Positions 1 through 12,615 of a stretch of 41,100 bases of DNA are shown piece by piece (the stretch's first letter is position 1; every line of letters starts with the position of its first letter). The translations under genes and the position numbers were made by a program. The notes under the pieces were generated by a model. That model made no database searches. It had not been told where the DNA came from and saw only the letters and a program-made list of their open reading frames with translations. The DNA is from Nemertoderma westbladi (lineage: Eukaryota > Animalia > Xenacoelomorpha). Location of the stretch: assembly GCA_032718475.1 (NCBI GenBank), contig JAUCBJ010000820.1, positions 1 through 41,100 on the forward strand, given 5' to 3'.

Positions 1-605
1 CTACCAGAAGGTAGGGGTGGGCGCTACTCCTATCTGCTACCCGAGGGTAGGGGTGGGCGCTACTCCTATCTGCTAACCGAAGGTAGGGGTTGGCGCTACT
101 CCTATCTGCTACCCGAGGGTAGGGGTGGGCGCTACTCCTATCTGCTACCCGAGGGTAGGGGTGGACGCTACTCCTATCTGCTAACCGAAGGTAGGGGTGG
201 GTGCTACTCCTATCTGCTACCCGTAGGTGTTGGTGGGAGCTACTCCTATCTGCTACCCGAAGGTAGGGGTGGGAGCTACTCCTATCTGCTACCCGAAGGT
301 AGGAGTGGGCGCTACTCCTGTCTGCTACCCGAAGGTTGGGGTGGGCGTTACTCCTATCTGCTACCCGAGGGTAGGGGTGGGCGCTACTCCTATCTGCTAC
401 CCGAAGGTAGGGGTGGGAGCTACTCCTATCTGCTACCCGAAGGTAGGAATGGGCGCTACTCCTATCTGCTACCCGAAAGAAGGGGTGGGCGCTACTCCTA
501 TCTGCTACCCGAGGGTAGGGGTGGGCGCTACTCCTATCTGCTACCCCAAGGAAGGGGTGCGCGCTACTCCTATCTGCTACCCGAGGTAGGGGTGGGCGCT
601 ACTCC
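1..605. repeat. 36-bp minisatellite (copy 1, runs off the window start)
   Basis: Tandem unit CTACCCGAGGGTAGGGGTGGGCGCTACTCCTATCTG with point variants and no spacers. The 12-aa periodic ORFs are its translation. Confidence 0.97.
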
Positions 606-687
606 GCGAGGTGTATGAAAGGCTGCTGGCGAGGATTGACATCCAATAGATTTTAAGCCAGCCGCTCAAACAACTGAGTTAGCCCCG
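606..687 (-). mobile_element. Degenerate tRNA-SINE head abutting the 36-bp array (also at 2955-3036)
   Basis: ATGAAAGGCTG and GCCGCTCAAACAACTGAGTTAGCCCCG align with GATGAAAGGCTG and GGCGCTCAACCAACTGATCTACCCCG of the SINE at 35601-35821. Confidence 0.65.
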
Positions 688-859
688 AATACAGTATTTT
701 TCATTTCACAAGGTACACCGGTCAAGCCGGTATTTATATTGAAGTAAAAAGTACATATTAATACTGAATAAAAACCGAACAAACTATACAAAATTAAAAA
801 TGTCGTGAGGTTCATAGGTTAATTATTGTAAATGGAGGAAAAATCTGTGCAAAAGATAC

Positions 860-1865
860 TTATTTTAAGAAATACTGCAGTATGCGGTTATGTTTTGCCG
901 CAAATCCGCATTGGCCAGAGTTATAACAGTTATATATAAAGTCCGCATTGACAATATCTTTTCCTGTTGGATGTCCGTGGTTTATGTGAGATTTCAGTGT
1001 CCGTTTGTGGTACCGGTTTACACACATTGAAAATAGTGAGGGTATCGGGAATTCTCGAGTCGCTCGCATATATGTACTTCCCAGTCCAGGATAGCGCCGC
1101 TTTGACTGATAGTTCCAGATAAGACCAAGACGTAGCAGCAACTGAAGTTTGAGATGTGGACTAACTACCAAACGCAGCATGCAATTAGTCACGTCACGGT
1201 ATACCTCAAGTGATAGATCTCTACATCCTGAGAGTTTCCTTAATGTAGCATTATTGACGTACGATCCAACATAAAGAAGTCCCCTGAGTATCTTTCTATA
1301 ATATGCATTCATAGATTCGATTTCATCTTGATTTAGATTCCCTATTATGAATTTTATTTTGTACAGAATTGCTGGTATGGCCATCCTGGACCAAAGATTG
1401 AACACTGTGTTTATGGTGTACCATCGAATGGTCCAGCCATTTTTGTGAAACGCTTGTGACATAGACGCAAGAGTTTGAATTATGACTGAGTAATTAGTGT
1501 TACAGTTATTATTTCCATATAAGGTGTGGCCAAGGAATTTGATTGTTTGGGATTCAGGGAATAGGCAATTTGCTGAGTTGATGAATAGGGGTCGGTATGT
1601 GTTTTTGGGTATAATGCTCATCCATTTTGATTTTGTGGGTTCCATATTTAGGTTCAATTTATCCATTTCATATGATAGTAATGCTAGCATACTAGTAATC
1701 TCCTCTTTATTATTGCACAATAAAACTATATCATCCGCATAGCAAACTAGACCTGACCAGATGTTGTGAAAAGATACTCCAAGGCCTGTTTTCTCAACTG
1801 AATCTAAGGCTCCCTTTAAATAGACATTAAATAGCGTTGGTGACAACAATGATCCTTGTTTTACA
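860..1865 (-). pseudogene. 5'-truncated non-LTR retrotransposon RT (motif B to C-terminus), copy 1
   Basis: VKQGSLLSPTLFNVY, YADD and KFLG motifs followed by a LINE-type thumb/C-terminal region. An in-frame TAA lies a few codons upstream of VKQG, so motif A and the endonuclease are absent. The 3' UTR has a stem-loop ACCGG-TCAAG-CCGGT at 717-731. Confidence 0.88.
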
Positions 1866-2132
1866 AGGTTACAAGATTACAATGTTACTTATTATAATCA
1901 AAACAATAATCGTCATGAGCCCAGGTTATAGATATATATTGGTCAATTGTCAACACGTAACCTTTATTTACTGGTTTACACCCTGTCACAATCAAACTAC
2001 TGTAGGCCTACATCGACAACAATTTATAATTACTGAGAAAAAAAACCCTAACAGTGTTGTTTCAAAGGCTTCGTATATTGGGGGGCTCCCTCCACCAACT
2101 TCTTAAAACCCGTAGGTAATCAGCGAGTATTT

Positions 2133-2955
2133 GTTACCCGAGGGTAGGGGTGGGCGCTACTCCTATCTGCTAACCGAAGGTAGGGGTTGGCGCTACTCCT
2201 ATCTGCTACCCGAGGGTAGGGGTGGGCGCTACTCCTATCTGCTACCCGAGGGTAGGGGTGGACGCTACTCCTATCTGCTAACCGAAGGTAGGGGTGGGTG
2301 CTACTCCTATCTGCTACCCGTAGGTGTTGGTGGGAGCTACTCCTATCTGCTACCCGAAGGTAGGGGTGGGAGCTACTCCTATCTGCTAACCGAAGGTAGG
2401 GGTTGGCGCTACTCCTATCTGCTACCCGAGGGTAGGGGTGGGCGCTACTCCTATCTGCTACCCGAGGGTAGGGGTGGGCGCTACTCCTATCTGCTACCCG
2501 AGGGTAGGGGTGGACGCTACTCCTATCTGCTAACCGAAGGTAGGGGTGGGTGCTACTCCTATCTGCTACCCGTAGGTGTTGGTGGGAGCTACTCCTATCT
2601 GCTACCCGAAGGTAGGGGTGGGAGCTACTCCTATCTGCTACCCGAAGGTAGGAGTGGGCGCTACTCCTGTCTGCTACCCGAAGGTTGGGGTGGGCGTTAC
2701 TCCTATCTGCTACCCGAGGGTAGGGGTGGGCGCTACTCCTATCTGCTACCCGAAGGTAGGGGTGGGAGCTACTCCTATCTGCTACCCGAAGGTAGGAATG
2801 GGCGCTACTCCTATCTGCTACCCGAAAGAAGGGGTGGGCGCTACTCCTATCTGCTACCCGAGGGTAGGGGTGGGCGCTACTCCTATCTGCTACCCCAAGG
2901 AAGGGGTGCGCGCTACTCCTATCTGCTACCCGAGGTAGGGGTGGGCGCTACTCCG
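2133..2955. repeat. 36-bp minisatellite (copy 2, about 23 units)
   Basis: Same unit. Variant units (AACCGAAGG, GGACG, GGGTG, CCGTAGGTGTT) recur in the same order, indicating block duplication inside the array. Confidence 0.97.
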
Positions 2956-3208
2956 CTAGGTGTATGAAAGGCTGCTGGCGAGGATTGACATCCAATAGAT
3001 TTTAAGCCAGCCGCTCAAACAACTGAGTTAGCCCCGAATACAGTATTTTTCATTTCACAAGGTACACCGGTCAAGCCGGTATTTATATTGAAGTAAAAAG
3101 TACATATTAATACTGAATAAAAACCGAACAAACTATACAAAATTAAAAATGTCGTGAGGTTCATAGGTTAATTATTGTAAATGGAGGAAAAATCTGTGCA
3201 AAAGATAC

Positions 3209-4214
3209 TTATTTTAAGAAATACTGCAGTATGCGGTTATGTTTTGCCGCAAATCCGCATTGGCCAGAGTTATAACAGTTATATATAAAGTCCGCATTGA
3301 CAATATCTTTTCCTGTTGGATGTCCGTGGTTTATGTGAGATTTCAGTGTCCGTTTGTGGTACCGGTTTACACACATTGAAAATAGTGAGGGTATCGGGAA
3401 TTCTCGAGTCGCTCGCATATATGTACTTCCCAGTCCAGGATAGCGCCGCTTTGACTGATAGTTCCAGATAAGACCAAGACGTAGCAGCAACTGAAGTTTG
3501 AGATGTGGACTAACTACCAAACGCAGCATGCAATTAGTCACGTCACGGTATACCTCAAGTGATAGATCTCTACATCCTGAGAGTTTCCTTAATGTAGCAT
3601 TATTGACGTACGATCCAACATAAAGAAGTCCCCTGAGTATCTTTCTATAATATGCATTCATAGATTCGATTTCATCTTGATTTAGATTCCCTATTATGAA
3701 TTTTATTTTGTACAGAATTGCTGGTATGGCCATCCTGGACCAAAGATTGAACACTGTGTTTATGGTGTACCATCGAATGGTCCAGCCATTTTTGTGAAAC
3801 GCTTGTGACATAGACGCAAGAGTTTGAATTATGACTGAGTAATTAGTGTTACAGTTATTATTTCCATATAAGGTGTGGCCAAGGAATTTGATTGTTTGGG
3901 ATTCAGGGAATAGGCAATTTGCTGAGTTGATGAATAGGGGTCGGTATGTGTTTTTGGGTATAATGCTCATCCATTTTGATTTTGTGGGTTCCATATTTAG
4001 GTTCAATTTATCCATTTCATATGATAGTAATGCTAGCATACTAGTAATCTCCTCTTTATTATTGCACAATAAAACTATATCATCCGCATAGCAAACTAGA
4101 CCTGACCAGATGTTGTGAAAAGATACTCCAAGGCCTGTTTTCTCAACTGAATCTAAGGCTCCCTTTAAATAGACATTAAATAGCGTTGGTGACAACAATG
4201 ATCCTTGTTTTACA
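3209..4214 (-). pseudogene. 5'-truncated non-LTR retrotransposon RT, copy 2
   Basis: Translation identical to copy 1. Confidence 0.88.
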
Positions 4215-5211
4215 AGGTTACAAGATTACAATGTTACTTATTATAATCAAAACAATAATCGTCATGAGCCCAGGTTATAGATATATATTGGTCAATTGTC
4301 AACACGTAACCTTTATTTACTGGTTTACACCCTGTCACAATCAAACTACTGTAGGCCTACATCGACAACAATTTATAATTACTGAGAAAAAAAACCCTAA
4401 CAGTGTTGTTTCAAAGGCTTCGTATATTGGGGGGCTCCCTCCACCAACTTCTTAAAACCCGTAGGTAATCAGCGAGTATTTACTTCCATTTTCCCTATGG
4501 ATTGTTTAATTATGTTTGCTTCAAACCCACCCGCCCCCACCACCCCCACCCACCCACCCACCCCCACCATGGCTACCATGAATTACATCGTTCCAGGTAG
4601 CTTACACCCCTACCTGATTTCTTTAATCACCCTGTAGTTGATTGTTTACTTCACTATGTATGATAAAATTGTAGGGGGTTGCGCCTCAAGGCAAATCTGT
4701 ACCAGTTCATACTGTATCTATCTAATCTATTCCTAGTTAGACAGCGAAGCAGTAACATATTTAATTAAATTATTTCCGGGTCGGGCGCATCGTTTTTAGG
4801 CTTAATGTCGCCAAAGAAAGTTATTAAAAACCACCCAACCAATGTATAATTGGCCCACATTTATCTTTACTCAATATCCGCACATTCGTTATAGCAAACA
4901 ACGAGAAATAATAAAGTATTTCGCTCACACCGGAACTGATACCGTTACTGTAATGCGTTAGTCATTACACTACCATAGCATTTAATTTTATATGTTTTTT
5001 TGCTATTATTTTTATCTATCTTCTCCTTAGAAATCAGTCAGTAATTATGTGATTGTTTAACTGTAAAGCTGAAGAAAACAAAGATGAATTTATGTTAAAA
5101 TTTAACCCACGTAGTAGTTCATGTAGGTCTCTCATATCAGTTCATCACCCGGAAACTCGTGTTTGCGATTTATTCACACAATTTTATGATAGCAACCACT
5201 TCGTGCAAACG

Positions 5212-5431
5212 GGGTGTAAATGCTACGCCGTAACGCCGACAATCGACAACCAATGCCGACAACCATTATTAAAGATAATTAATGTTATTTATTAATTGAG
5301 GGAAAGGAAAGGTTTGGAAGGTTAGTCTAACGCTAACCAAAACAATAAACGAGAGTTACGAACTCAGGTTACATTTTCAAATTTTCTGTTGTCGGCAGTG
5401 GTTGCCGGTTGTCAGCGTAGTGTTTACACCC
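5212..5431. mobile_element. 220-bp MITE with imperfect TIRs and a 9-bp TSD (Mutator/MULE-like)
   Basis: Ends GGGTGTAAA...TTTACACCC, with imperfect TIRs extending about 45-50 bp. GTGCAAACG is duplicated at 5203-5211 and 5432-5440. Confidence 0.85.
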
Positions 5432-6911
5432 GTGCAAACGCAACATCCTATCCATTCAATTGATTTTTAAACAGCTACACGGTAATGCAATTTTTAAGCC
5501 ACTTCCGTAATTGTTAAACCAACAAATCAGCGCCGGTTTTTATTTTTGGGAGCGCCATGCGCCAAAGTCGGCGCGCTTTACGATTTTCGAGCGCGCCACG
5601 CGCCACATTGGCGCGCTTTTATTGTAAAGCGCGCCGGATTAATCTGGCGCAAAGTGTATGGATTCCAGTCTGGGCCAAGCAGCCAAGGTCTGTCTGTAGC
5701 ATTCCCGCCACGGGGAGTAGCAAAAAGAAGTGCTGGCAGGCTGGACAACGTGGAAATGGTTTAGTTTCGCTGTCGGTTCTCCTTTTATCAATATTTTGTT
5801 TGTGTCTCGATAATGCAGCGGTTGCTGTGTGTCTACTTCTCATCGCATATATTACATTCGACTACTTTTTTAATCGTCTCATTACTGCTTCCATGTAACT
5901 ACTGTACCATGAGAAAGAATAAGGCCCCTTTAAGCCTCTTAAAGTATTGAATTAACAAAACCTTCTACTGTATTATGTACCGGTCCGGTATTGGCTTTGG
6001 CTATTATTACTGTTGCTTCAATTCTTAATATTTTGCTTTGCTGTACCTACTGAACTGTTCTGCCTGACGCCTGACTGCTGACTGCTTTCGGTATAACTTG
6101 TATAATGAAACAGACAAGGCTGCAAAGCTGGCAAGGGGAGGGTGATAATAGTGAATACAGATACTGAGATATGGAATAATGTTAACCTGAACTTTTTAAT
6201 GTTAGCAATATTCCATTCTCATTTACTCTGTGTTGTACTCTGTAATTGTTGACTCTGTAATTGTAATTGTAATAGACACTCCAAATAACTGCACGACAAG
6301 TAAAAATGCATATAACTAACTGCACGCATAAAATATAATATAAATAAATAACACGAGGAAGAAAAACTGGAAATAATTGGACAATTAGGTTTATGGAGGG
6401 AGAAGATAACCCAGGCAGTAGCTGCACTTATGAGTGAGTATCTCAGGTAGATCAATATGAAAACTTAAAAACGTTTCACTCAAAAAGAATTAAAAAAAAA
6501 AATTTTAATACAAAGTTTACAAAAAACATATCAATAAAACTAATACGAAACGGGCAAGGTCGCATTGCTACGTAGTTTCACAGTAGATACTGTAGCTCAC
6601 TTGAACAGATTTAAAATTAAAAATAAGGTAAAATTAATTGATATCATAAGAACAAATACAACAGAACGAGGCAGGGTGGAATTAATATGTGCTGTACAGT
6701 AGTTACAGTAGGCAGTCTAAGCACACTAGATAATTATTACTGAACAGATTGATGATTGAATGCAAAATGCACGTGAGTAAAAAAATAACAAAATATAAGT
6801 AACAAAGACGACACGGAACGAGGCAGGGGGGATTTGTACGTAGCTATACAGTAGTTAAAAGCTCAACGATAAGTATTACTGATAAAATTAAAATATGTTA
6901 CGGACTGATTA

Positions 6912-7377
6912 CTAATTAATACAGTGACACAGATGGCTGAAGTCTATATTGCATATTCGGCGATTAAAGGTAACTAAATTAATTGCATTGACAGTCTCTA
7001 AATGTAGAGAATTCCAAACTAATACAGACCTGTTTGCAAAGCGGTTTCTAGAGACAACTAATCTACATTGTTGCACGAATAGTTTCATATTATGTCCCCG
7101 CAAACCCTCTCTGTTCGCATCCATAAAAAAAATCGCTAAAACATAGGTCAATGTTGTTGTGACATATATTATACACCATTCGGATGTCGAAAATAATTAG
7201 CCTAATTTCTAACATTTGTAAGTTGAGGTGTGATAGTCTGTTAGAGTAACTGCTATCGGTGAGAATTAATTTGCATCTGGAGACTAAGCGTCTGGTGAAA
7301 TAGCGTTGAACGCTCAACCAAATTAATGTTGAACAATTGGTGCGGCGACCAAACCACCGTGCAGTACTCTAACAGAG
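6912..7377 (-). pseudogene. CR1-type LINE ORF2 C-terminal fragment
   Basis: LLEYCTVVWSPH, VQRYFTRRL, YSNRLSHLNL, LRGHNMKL and FANRSVLVWNSL are characteristic CR1 ORF2 C-terminal motifs. The fragment is frameshifted. Confidence 0.9.
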
Positions 7378-8215
7378 TGGATCATTCTCTGACCATAGGC
7401 AAAGACATCAAATGTTTTTAAAAATATACTTTTTCCATGTTTTTTTTTCTGACCAAAAATTTCAAAAAAAAAATTTTCGTAGCCAGTACTGCCAATCGAT
7501 TCGCCATCAAAAATAACGCAAAAAATTTTTTTTTCAAAATTTTAAATTACTGTAAATTTTTGGCGACTGGGGGGGGGGTCAATTTTTTTCGATCCGCTAT
7601 AACTCCGGAACGCTTTGTCCAAATTCGATGGGGTTTTCATTTTTCAACTTAATTTGATGTCCTCTTTCAGCCTATCCATGTTTCCAAACCCCAAACAGCG
7701 CCGTTCAAAAATTAATTTTTTCCAGTTCTAGAATTTTACAAATTTCAAAAAAGTTGCAGTATTTTATTAACCCCTTTACGGAATTCGATAGCGTTTTCGA
7801 TTTTTATATTAAACGCAATATCCTGAATCTCACTAGCCTAGTTTCGCGTCACCAACGCCAAGACTTCATACTTTTTGAGGAAAATTTTTCTAGAATAATT
7901 TTTATTTAATTACATTCATCGCGATTTCTTATTACTGGTTGCACTTGAATTGATGGAGTTTTCAATTTATTAACTAAACACGATATCGCGCATCGCACCA
8001 GCGTGGTTTCGAAATTCCAAAACGAGGTCTTCACTAGTTGCAGGTCGATTTTGTTCTAGAATTGAGTAACTAATAATAGATCGTATTTATTAATAATTAT
8101 TGTATGAAATAAGATTGTATTTTTACATAATTATTAGTTCTATAATAATTCTCGTTGTCTCTTTTATTTGAAATAAAAAGTCGGTTCCTTATCGGGCCGC
8201 TAGGCCCGTCACTAG

Positions 8216-9154
8216 TTAGCAAGTCGTTAGACTTGATTACTGTAAGAATTGTTGACTGACTGGCTGGCTGACTGACTGGCTGGCTGACTGACTGGCTGGC
8301 TGATCTACAGCCAAAACTACTCTAACGATTTTGATGAAATTTTCACAGCATCTAGATACCGCGATTCTAAGGTCCCTGGCATGATCGGCTACTCCGTCCA
8401 TAGCCTCTGGGCTCGAAAAATAGAGATAAACGAAAAAAACGCCATTGGCGCAATGGTAAAATAACACCCATGACAGCTGGTGTCCTGATGAAAACTGGCT
8501 TATGTAATGCATTTCTACACAAAGCTTAGTATAAATCGATGAGGTTGCCAAGATTATTGTACTTAGTACACCCATACTGTTTGTTTAGGCCCTGCACTCT
8601 CTGTCAAAGCAAATATTAACTGGTTGATTTAGTTTGTCTGGTTGATTTAGTGCAAGCTGAATGACTGTAGGTTACAGAGTACTATTGCACTGTATTTTAT
8701 TTTTAAATCTTTTGGCCAACATTAATACTGTGGAGGCTTTATGCTTATAAGGCGGAATGTTTACTCAGCCTCATACTGATACTCTGTAAGGCTTACACTA
8801 ACATTATAGTTTGAAATATAAAAATAACTGCTTATTATCTGTATTGGGTTAATCATTGTGGCATTCAAAATGTTTTGTTAGGTGAATGACATTTAGTGGC
8901 TAAGATTATTCTCTGTCAGATTCCCTTCACACCATAGGCAAACATTGTTGAGGCTGAGGGAATTTACTTTAGTTTACTCTACTGAGTCATTCAGCTGAAT
9001 GGATTTGAGCAATTGCCAAATTACAGAGTGGGATCTCTCTCTGACCATAGATAAATAACACTTCCCTTCTGAACAAAGGTAAACATTGTTGAGGGAACTT
9101 ACCTTTGATTGACGACTTCCGACTTGCTTAACGGCGTCTTGACGCCGTCACTAG
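8216..9154 (+). mobile_element. Type-B rolling-circle element
   Basis: Head TTAGCAAGTCGTTAGACTTG, tail CGACTTGCTTAACGGCGTCTTGACGCCGTCACTAG. Confidence 0.85.
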
Positions 9155-12100
9155 TTAGGAACCGAGAGGTTCATTACTGTAAGAATTGTTGGCTGATTGA
9201 TTGACTGGCTGGTTAATCTATAGCCAAAACTACTCTAACGATTTTGATGAAATTTTCACAGCGGCTGGATACCGCGATTCTAAGGTCCCTGGTATGTTCC
9301 GCTATTTCGTCCATGAGCCGTGGGCTCGAAAAATAGACATAAACGAAAAAACGCCATAGGCGCAATGGTAAAATAACACCAATAACAGCTGGTGTCGTGA
9401 TGAAAAATGGCTTATGTAATGGATTTCTACACAAGGCTTAGTATAAATCGATGAGGTTGCCAAAATTATTGTACTTAGTACACCCATACTGTTTGTTTAG
9501 GCCCTAGGACACTCTGTCAAAGCAAACATTATTAACTGGTTGGTTTAGATTGAAATCTATTATCGCCTCAGCTGAATTACTCTTCCCAATGCATTCTATG
9601 AGAATATCTCACTCTGCTAATGTAAGCTGAATGACTTTAAGTACACAGTGTGTTGGCTACATTAATGCCAACATTATTGCAAAATGTTTTATTGTTGGAT
9701 TACTCTCTGTCAGTCTTCCCTTCAGAACATTGTATAGGGAATTTACTTTAGTTTACTCTACTGTGCCATTCAGCTGAATGGATTTGGGCGATTGCCAAGT
9801 TACAGAGTTGGATCATTCTCTGACCATAGGCAAAGACAAATCTTTTTAAAAATATAATTTTTCCATGTTTTTTTTTCTGACCAAAAATTTCAAAAAAAAT
9901 TTTTCGTAGCCAGTACTGCCAATCGATTCGCCATCAAAAATAACGCCAAAAAATTTTTTTGCAAAATTTTAAATTACTGTAAATTTTTGGCGACTGGGGG
10001 GGGGTCAATTTTTTTCGATCCGCTATAACTCCGGAACGCTTTGTCCAAATACGATGGGGTTTTCATTTTTCAACTTAATTCAATGTCCTCTTTCAGCCTA
10101 TCCATGTTTCGAAACCCCAAACACCGCCGTTCAAAAATAAATTTTTTCTCGTTCTAGAATTTTACAAATTTCAAAAAAGTTGCAGTATTTTATTAACGCC
10201 TTTACGGAATTCGATAGCGTTTTCGATTTTTATATTAAACGCAATATCCTGAATCTCACTAGCCTAGTTTCGCGTCACCAATGCCAAGACACTGTGCCAT
10301 TCAACTGAATGGATTTGAGCGATTGCCAAGTTACAGAGTTGGATCATTCTCTGACCATAGGCAAAGGCAAATCTTGTTAAAATATACTTTTTCCATGTTT
10401 TTTTTTCTGACCAAAAATTTCAAAAAAATTTTTTCGTAGCCAGTACTGCCAATCGATTCGCCATCAAAAATAACGCCAAAAAATTTTTTTGCAAAATTTT
10501 AAATTACTGTAAATTTTTGGCGACTGGGGGGGCTCAATTTTTTTCGATCCGCTATAACTCCGGAACGCTTTGTCCAAATTCGATGGGGTTTTCATTTTTC
10601 AACTTAATTCGATGTCCTCTATCGGCTACATTAATGCCAACATTAATACTGTGGAGGCTGTATACTTATAAGATGGAATGTTTACTCAGCCTTATACTGA
10701 TACTCTGTAAGGCTAAGACCAACATTATTGCAAAATGTTTTATTGTTGGATTACTCTCTGTCAGTCTCCCCTTCAGAACATTGTATAGGGAATTTACTTT
10801 AGTTTACTCTACTGTGCCATTCAGCTGAATGGATTTGAGCGATTGCCAAGTACAGAGTTGGATCATTCTCTGACCATAGGCAAAGACATCAAATCTTTTT
10901 AAAAATATACTTTTTCCATGTTTTTTTTCTGACCAAAAATTTCAAAAAAAATTTTTCGTAGCCAGTACTGCCAATCGATTCGCCATCAAAAATAACGCAA
11001 AAAATTTTTTTTGCAAAATTTTAAATTACTGTAAATTTTTGGCGACTGGGGGGGGTCAATTTTTTTCGATCCGCTATAACTCCGGAACGCTTTGTCCAAA
11101 TTCGATGGGGTTTTCATTTTTCAACTTAATTCGATGTCCTCTTTCAGCCTATCCATGTTTTGAAACCCCAAACAGCGCCGTTCAAAAATTATTTTTTTCT
11201 AGTTCTAGAATTTTACAAATTTCAAAAAAGTTGCAGTATTTTATTAACGCCTTTACGGAATTCGATAGCGTTTTCGATTTTTATATTAAACGCAATATCC
11301 TGAATCTCACTAGCCTAGTTTCGCGTCACCAATGCCAAGATTTCATACTTTTGAAGAAATTTTTCTAGAATATTTTTTATTTAATTACATTTATAGCGAT
11401 TTCTTATTACTGATTGCACATGAATTGATGGAATGACTATTAGGTATACAGTGTATCGGCTACATTAATGCCAACATCATTGCAAAATGTTTTATTGTTG
11501 GATTACTCTCTGTCAGTCTCCCCTTAAGAATATTGTATAGGGAATTTACTTTAGTTTACTCTACTGTGCCATTCAGCTGAATGGATTTGAGCGATTGCCA
11601 AGTTACAGAGTTGGCTCATTCTCTGACCATAGGCAAAGACAAATCTTTTTAAAAATATAATTTTTCCATGTTTTTTTTTCTGACCAAAAATTTCAAAAAA
11701 AATTTTTCGTAGCCAGTACTGCCAATCGATTCGCCATCAAAAATAACGCAAAAAATTTTTTTTGCAAAATTTTAAATTACTGTAAATTTTTGGCAACTGG
11801 GGGGGGGGGTCAATTTTTTTCGATCCGCTATAACTCCGGAACGCTTTGTCCAAATTCGATGGGGTTTTTATTTTTCAACTTAATTCGATGTCCTCTTTCA
11901 GTCTATCCATGTTTCGAAACCCCAAACAGCGCCGTTCAAAATTTAATTTTTTCTAGTTTTAGAATTTTACAAATTTCAAAAAAGTTGCAGTATTTTATTA
12001 ACGCCTTTACGGAATTCGATAGCGTTTTCGATTCTTATATTAAATGCAATATCCTGAATCTCACTAGCCTAGTTTCGCGTCACCAACGCCAAGACTTCAT

Positions 12101-12287
12101 ACTTTTTGAGGAAAATTTTTCTAGAATAATTTTTATTTAATTACATTTATAGCGATTTCTTATTACTGGTTGCACATGAATTGATGGAGTTTTCAATTTA
12201 TTAACTAAACACGATATTGCGCATCGCACCAGCATGGTTTCGAAATTCCAAAACGAGGTCTTCACTAGTTGCAGGTCGATTTTGTTC

Positions 12288-12615
12288 TGTTCTGTCCTGT
12301 CGATTTTGGCATCATGTAGCGGAGATGCAGAACGGAAAACGCGACTCAATTTGTGAGTCTCTGATCAAAGAAAACTTTGGTTCTCGGTACAGAGATGGGA
12401 ATTAGTTGTGAGCGAGTTTGGTTGTGTTTTATCCGAGGTTGATTAAGGTGATAATTGTCGGTTAATTAGTTTGGATGGCATTCGGTGCTGATAGTAACGT
12501 TGCAACTATTCGAATCAACTATCTTAGCTCAATTATTAATGATGGATGCTATACATGATAAAGTTTGTTTATATATATTGTGTAAATACTTATAAAATAA
12601 ATAACACAATTTACA
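12288..12615. mobile_element. 328-bp insertion in a type-A element, solo-LTR-like (second copy 24992-25319)
   Basis: Absent from the other A units. It has TGT...ACA ends, AATAAA near the right end, and TTTTGTTC(T) repeated on both sides. Confidence 0.55.

Larger units (their letters stand above)
1..4481. repeat. Tandem segmental duplication, offset 2349 bp (breakpoint about 2132/4481)
   Basis: ORFs 860/3209, 1497/3846 and 1837/4186 have identical translations at a constant offset. Identity ends after CAGCGAGTATTT (2132 vs 4481). Confidence 0.95.

Noticed and set aside
1-2955. CRISPR array (36-bp hairpin-containing repeats next to an RT)
   Set aside because: The repeats are contiguous with no spacers, there are no cas genes, the RT is LINE-type and the unit traces to a SINE.
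8470-8510. Hammerhead ribozyme core (CTGATGA) in repeat units
   Set aside because: No stem II plus GAAA arrangement or cleavage-site helix could be built, and other copies read GTGATGA.
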